Source: an uncultured Ruminococcus sp.
Lineage (GTDB): Bacteria; Bacillota; Clostridia; Oscillospirales; Acutalibacteraceae
DNA: 64,000 nt
Assembly: GCA_902776975.1 (NCBI GenBank)
Contig: CACYSI010000001.1
Coordinates: forward strand, 26,661 to 90,660
Direction: 5' to 3'
Under the pieces are notes generated by a model, which had not been told where the DNA came from, searched no databases, and saw nothing but the letters and a program-made list of their open reading frames with translations. The stretch's first letter is position 1, and the number at the start of each line of letters is the position of its first letter. The position numbers were made by a program, and so were the translations under genes. Below, in pieces: positions 61,376 to 64,000 of the stretch.

Positions 61376-63324
61376 AACTCCACCTCAGTTTTCTGATTTG
61401 CTTTTATCCTCGCCTGTCTGATACCGACCATATCTACCGTTTCGCGGCCTACCTCAGTCAGCTCGTCATAGGTCGGGATCCTGCCGATCACATTATCGAC
61501 GAGGTAGTCCATGCTTATGATCTGCTCCAGTGTCAGCTCGCTCTGACGGGAGCCGATGATCTCGCCGCTTTGTGTATAGAAGGGCGTCAAAAACGGCTTA
61601 CCTACGCCGCTTATCAGACTGCTGCGGAAGAAATCGGCGTAGCGCCTTGACGGGAGCGGTAAGGCGGGGGCGTATTCGATGTCGACGACGCCTGCGGACA
61701 TACCCCAGTAGTAGTTCAGCGCGCGCGCGGTATGGTCATACTCGTCGATTATGGTTTTATCAAGAACAGAGCGCAGGATCCTCTCATAATACACGCCCCA
61801 TTTCCATACGGGCACGGCGAGCAGATCTGTTTTATCGTGTCCGATATGCGACAGACCGAAGCTGCGGCGGTCATCCTGTGAGAAGCGTGCCGTATCCTGT
61901 GAGGAGATCAGATGGATATGCTGTCTGTTCAGGTCCAGAGCCGCCTCCTTGGCTCCCTTGACAGACGACCATTCCAAAAAGACCTTAGTGCGGGGATTAG
62001 CCATCTGAGCGCCGAGGGCGAAGGCGTTGATGCCGGCTATCTGCCCGTATATCGGATAGTCACAGACGTAGCCGAGCCTGCCGCTCTGAGTCAGAGAGCC
62101 GGCGATCACGCCGAGGATGAACTTTACCTCATACATCCTCGGATAATAGGTGCGGACATACCTGTGCGTGGTGTTGAGCGAGCAGTTCATGATCACCGTT
62201 TCGGGATGCTCTACCGCCGCTCGCAGAGATGTGTTCAGCATACGCGGAGAGATCGTAAATACCAGCTTGTTTGAGTCTGATATCGCCTGTTCCAGTATGT
62301 CGGACAGATCCCTCTCTCCGTCGCTGATGTAAACAGAGGTGTCGATCTTATCGCCAAGTACGGTCTGAGCGTGCTTTCTGCCTGCTTCGTGGTCGCTCAC
62401 CCAGCCGGATTTTTCGGGCAGGGTATCATAGATGAACGCGACTTTCAGCTTGGCGGGCTTCGCGATAGGGAGTACCTTCGACAGAACGGACTGTTTCTTT
62501 TCTTCGGGAGGAGCGGTCTTGAGCTCGATCGCGTCATCTTTTTCGTTCAGAGCGATCTCCTCCCACATCTTTCTGAGATTGATGCGGATCTCAGCCTCAC
62601 CCGCGTTTTGCAGTTCGGTATAGCCGTAAATACGGATATATGTCAGCATGGCGTCGCCTATGGTGATCTTCAGCTTATCGCCGCCGTTTTCTTTATATGC
62701 CTTCTCAAAGTAGTAGTAAGCCCCCGAAAAGCGCCTTTGCTCCTCGATGCTCCAGTATTCGTCGAAGGACTTGCCCATCAGGCGGAGCAGCTCTCTGTAA
62801 GCTCCGCGCTTGGATAATTCGATAAAGTTGACCTTGCTGTAGCGGTTGAACTCCAGATACTCAAGATAGAGCTGCGCTTCTTCGCCGGCTGTATCATCAG
62901 GCATGATCCTTGTCACATCCGCGGGTACGCTGTACGCGCCGCAGTATTTGAGTACGCTGACGCGCTTGTTGCCCTCCTCGACATAGTAACGGTTGAGGTA
63001 TTCATAGACCTTGATTGGCTCGCGGATCCCCTCGCTGATGTGAGAGCGGTACAGAGCCTCCCATTTGTCGGCGAACTCTGTGCCCTCATCAAGGATCGGC
63101 AAAAAATCAGTCGTAAAGGCGTTCAGTCTGCCTGCTGTCTTCGTGCCGACGATGAACCATACGGGTATCTGTATCACGCCGAGGTGTATCCCGGTCAGAG
63201 CTTTTTCCGGAGGAACGATCTCGTCGAGCGCGGGCAGATAGGGATTTTCGTTTTTAGCGGTTTTCGAGCGGACTTCTTTTTGTCCGAGCTTCATTACTTC
63301 TTTATAGTACAGTTCCTGCTGCAT
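61372..63324 (-). CDS. Cytoplasmic fusion protein: ParB-N-terminal-like domain + BMP/PnrA-like periplasmic-binding-fold domain
   Basis: No signal peptide. N-terminal ...EPIKVYEYLNRYYVEEGNKRVSVLKY... The C-terminal half (KVAFIYD...GW...) resembles the BMP family. Confidence 0.45.
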   Translation of the reverse strand: MQQELYYKEVMKLGQKEVRSKTAKNENPYLPALDEIVPPEKALTGIHLGVIQIPVWFIVGTKTAGRLNAFTTDFLPILDEGTEFADKWEALYRSHISEGIREPIKVYEYLNRYYVEEGNKRVSVLKYCGAYSVPADVTRIMPDDTAGEEAQLYLEYLEFNRYSKVNFIELSKRGAYRELLRLMGKSFDEYWSIEEQRRFSGAYYYFEKAYKENGGDKLKITIGDAMLTYIRIYGYTELQNAGEAEIRINLRKMWEEIALNEKDDAIELKTAPPEEKKQSVLSKVLPIAKPAKLKVAFIYDTLPEKSGWVSDHEAGRKHAQTVLGDKIDTSVYISDGERDLSDILEQAISDSNKLVFTISPRMLNTSLRAAVEHPETVIMNCSLNTTHRYVRTYYPRMYEVKFILGVIAGSLTQSGRLGYVCDYPIYGQIAGINAFALGAQMANPRTKVFLEWSSVKGAKEAALDLNRQHIHLISSQDTARFSQDDRRSFGLSHIGHDKTDLLAVPVWKWGVYYERILRSVLDKTIIDEYDHTARALNYYWGMSAGVVDIEYAPALPLPSRRYADFFRSSLISGVGKPFLTPFYTQSGEIIGSRQSELTLEQIISMDYLVDNVIGRIPTYDELTEVGRETVDMVGIRQARIKANQKTEVEL

Positions 63325-63403
63325 ATGTGCTCCTATGAGAGTTGATTCTATGCGTCAAAAGCTCCGGTGCCTGAGCAGAGGAGCTTTCGGTGCGGATTGC
63401 TTT

Positions 63404-63557
63404 TTATACTAATTTCAATTAAAACGCTTAAACAAGATATTTGCGGAAAATTTCGCAGAGCAAGGCGGAGATCGCAGGCAGGCTGACGCCTGTCAAGATT
63501 GACAACGCAGCTATGCGGAATTTAACGCAATAGATGTTAAAGGGTTTTATTTGAAAT
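63404..63557. repeat. 154-bp element with terminal inverted repeats (copy 2, same orientation as copy 1)
   Basis: Same length as 56586..56739, with 3 mismatches. Confidence 0.85.
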
Positions 63558-63641
63558 TAGTATTAGCCGTGCGGTGAGTTTCGCGCGGCCTTGACGGACT
63601 CGGCTGAATGTCCGGCTGCGTTGCCGGAGCGACGATCTATG

Positions 63642-64000
63642 TTATTCATCCTGTTTGACGGTGATGTCAAAATCTATTTGTACGCTGTCACAGCCGTCGG
63701 CGCTCAGTGTAACGGTCGCCTTGCCCTTTTTGCCCTTGGTGCGGACGTATATGCCGCCCATTCCGGCTCTGAGGATAACGGGACTCTCGGCGATAACCTC
63801 GACCTCTCCGCTGACCCTTACATCCACGGCGCCGAAGAAGTACGGCAGGGTGTTGCCGTTCTGATCGGTCATGCGGATGCGTACCGCCGCCACATCATAG
63901 GTCTTGTCCTCGATAAGCTCGGTGTGATCGACCTCGACGGCGAGCACGCGCTTTTCAAAGGGCGCGACCTTCAGCTCCTTGACGAGCTTGCCGTTTTTAT
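63642..64000 (-). CDS. C-terminal fragment of a glycoside hydrolase (GH2 beta-galactosidase-like C-terminal beta-sandwich); gene continues beyond window end
   Basis: The open frame runs to the window edge. ...VAAVRIRMTDQNGN.....VRVSGEVEVIAESPVILRAGMGGIYVRTKGKKGKATVTLSADG resembles GH2 C-terminal domains. Confidence 0.4.
   Translation of the reverse strand, partial: KNGKLVKELKVAPFEKRVLAVEVDHTELIEDKTYDVAAVRIRMTDQNGNTLPYFFGAVDVRVSGEVEVIAESPVILRAGMGGIYVRTKGKKGKATVTLSADGCDSVQIDFDITVKQDE

Noticed and set aside
56586-63557. Complete prophage, ICE or PICI bounded by the 154-bp direct repeats
   Set aside because: There is no integrase, excisionase, repressor, packaging or conjugation gene. Four of the enclosed genes form an ordinary-looking housekeeping-type operon. 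The repeats have TIRs like a MITE rather than being tRNA-derived att sites. The observation is kept as a finding, but not called as an intact mobile element.
1-64000. tRNA, rRNA, tmRNA or riboswitch genes
   Set aside because: I recognised no GTTCGAATC-type T-arm or cloverleaf candidates and no rRNA-like stretches while reading the intergenic regions. This is a by-eye negative, and tRNAscan or Infernal should confirm it.

Overview
This window looks like chromosomal DNA from a Ruminococcus-like (Oscillospiraceae) Firmicute. The evidence is a dockerin-bearing secreted protein, GGAGG ribosome-binding sites and sigmaA-type promoters. I saw no rRNA, tRNA or CRISPR array by eye. Left third (1-27.9 kb): three secreted or cell-surface repeat proteins, including one dockerin/CBM-like protein and one multi-repeat transglutaminase-like protein. 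It also holds a heterodimeric ABC exporter pair, a LOG-family protein, membrane pyrophosphatase (hppA), a CpXC protein, a beta-lactamase-family lipoprotein, and aspS-hisS. A zur-znuA-znuC-znuB zinc-uptake operon follows, with two palindromic operator boxes bracketing a consensus promoter. Centre (27,992-56,106): 29 co-oriented minus-strand genes form a Wzx/Wzy-type capsule/EPS locus, containing Wzz, BY-kinase, DegT aminotransferase, a PglC-like priming transferase, a NeuD/PglD-like acyltransferase, one GT4, Wzy, Wzx and pyruvyl transferases. This locus contains the most unusual feature of the window. It is a truncated FAS-II-like module (FabD, two KAS III, two SDRs, three ACPs, an MBL hydrolase and an adenylating ligase) together with a transcarboxylase-type biotin enzyme set (12S, small subunit, 1.3S-like BCCP, 5S). 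An ATP-grasp/racemase pair and FrhB-like Fe-S proteins, one fused to a pyruvyl transferase, sit in the same locus. Right end (56-64 kb): an orphan VirE-family primase/helicase-like gene has an iteron-type putative origin immediately 3' of it. Beyond it lie a four-gene operon (ParB-like-BMP fusion, metallophosphoesterase, YitT-like membrane protein, GNAT) and a truncated GH2-like gene. The 6.7-kb segment carrying these genes is bracketed by two 154-bp near-identical elements with terminal inverted repeats. Nearly every longer intergenic gap carries a shared set of hairpin-forming repeat modules and heptad micro-arrays, some showing compensatory stem changes. All functional calls rest on motif recognition in the supplied translations. 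No database search was run.
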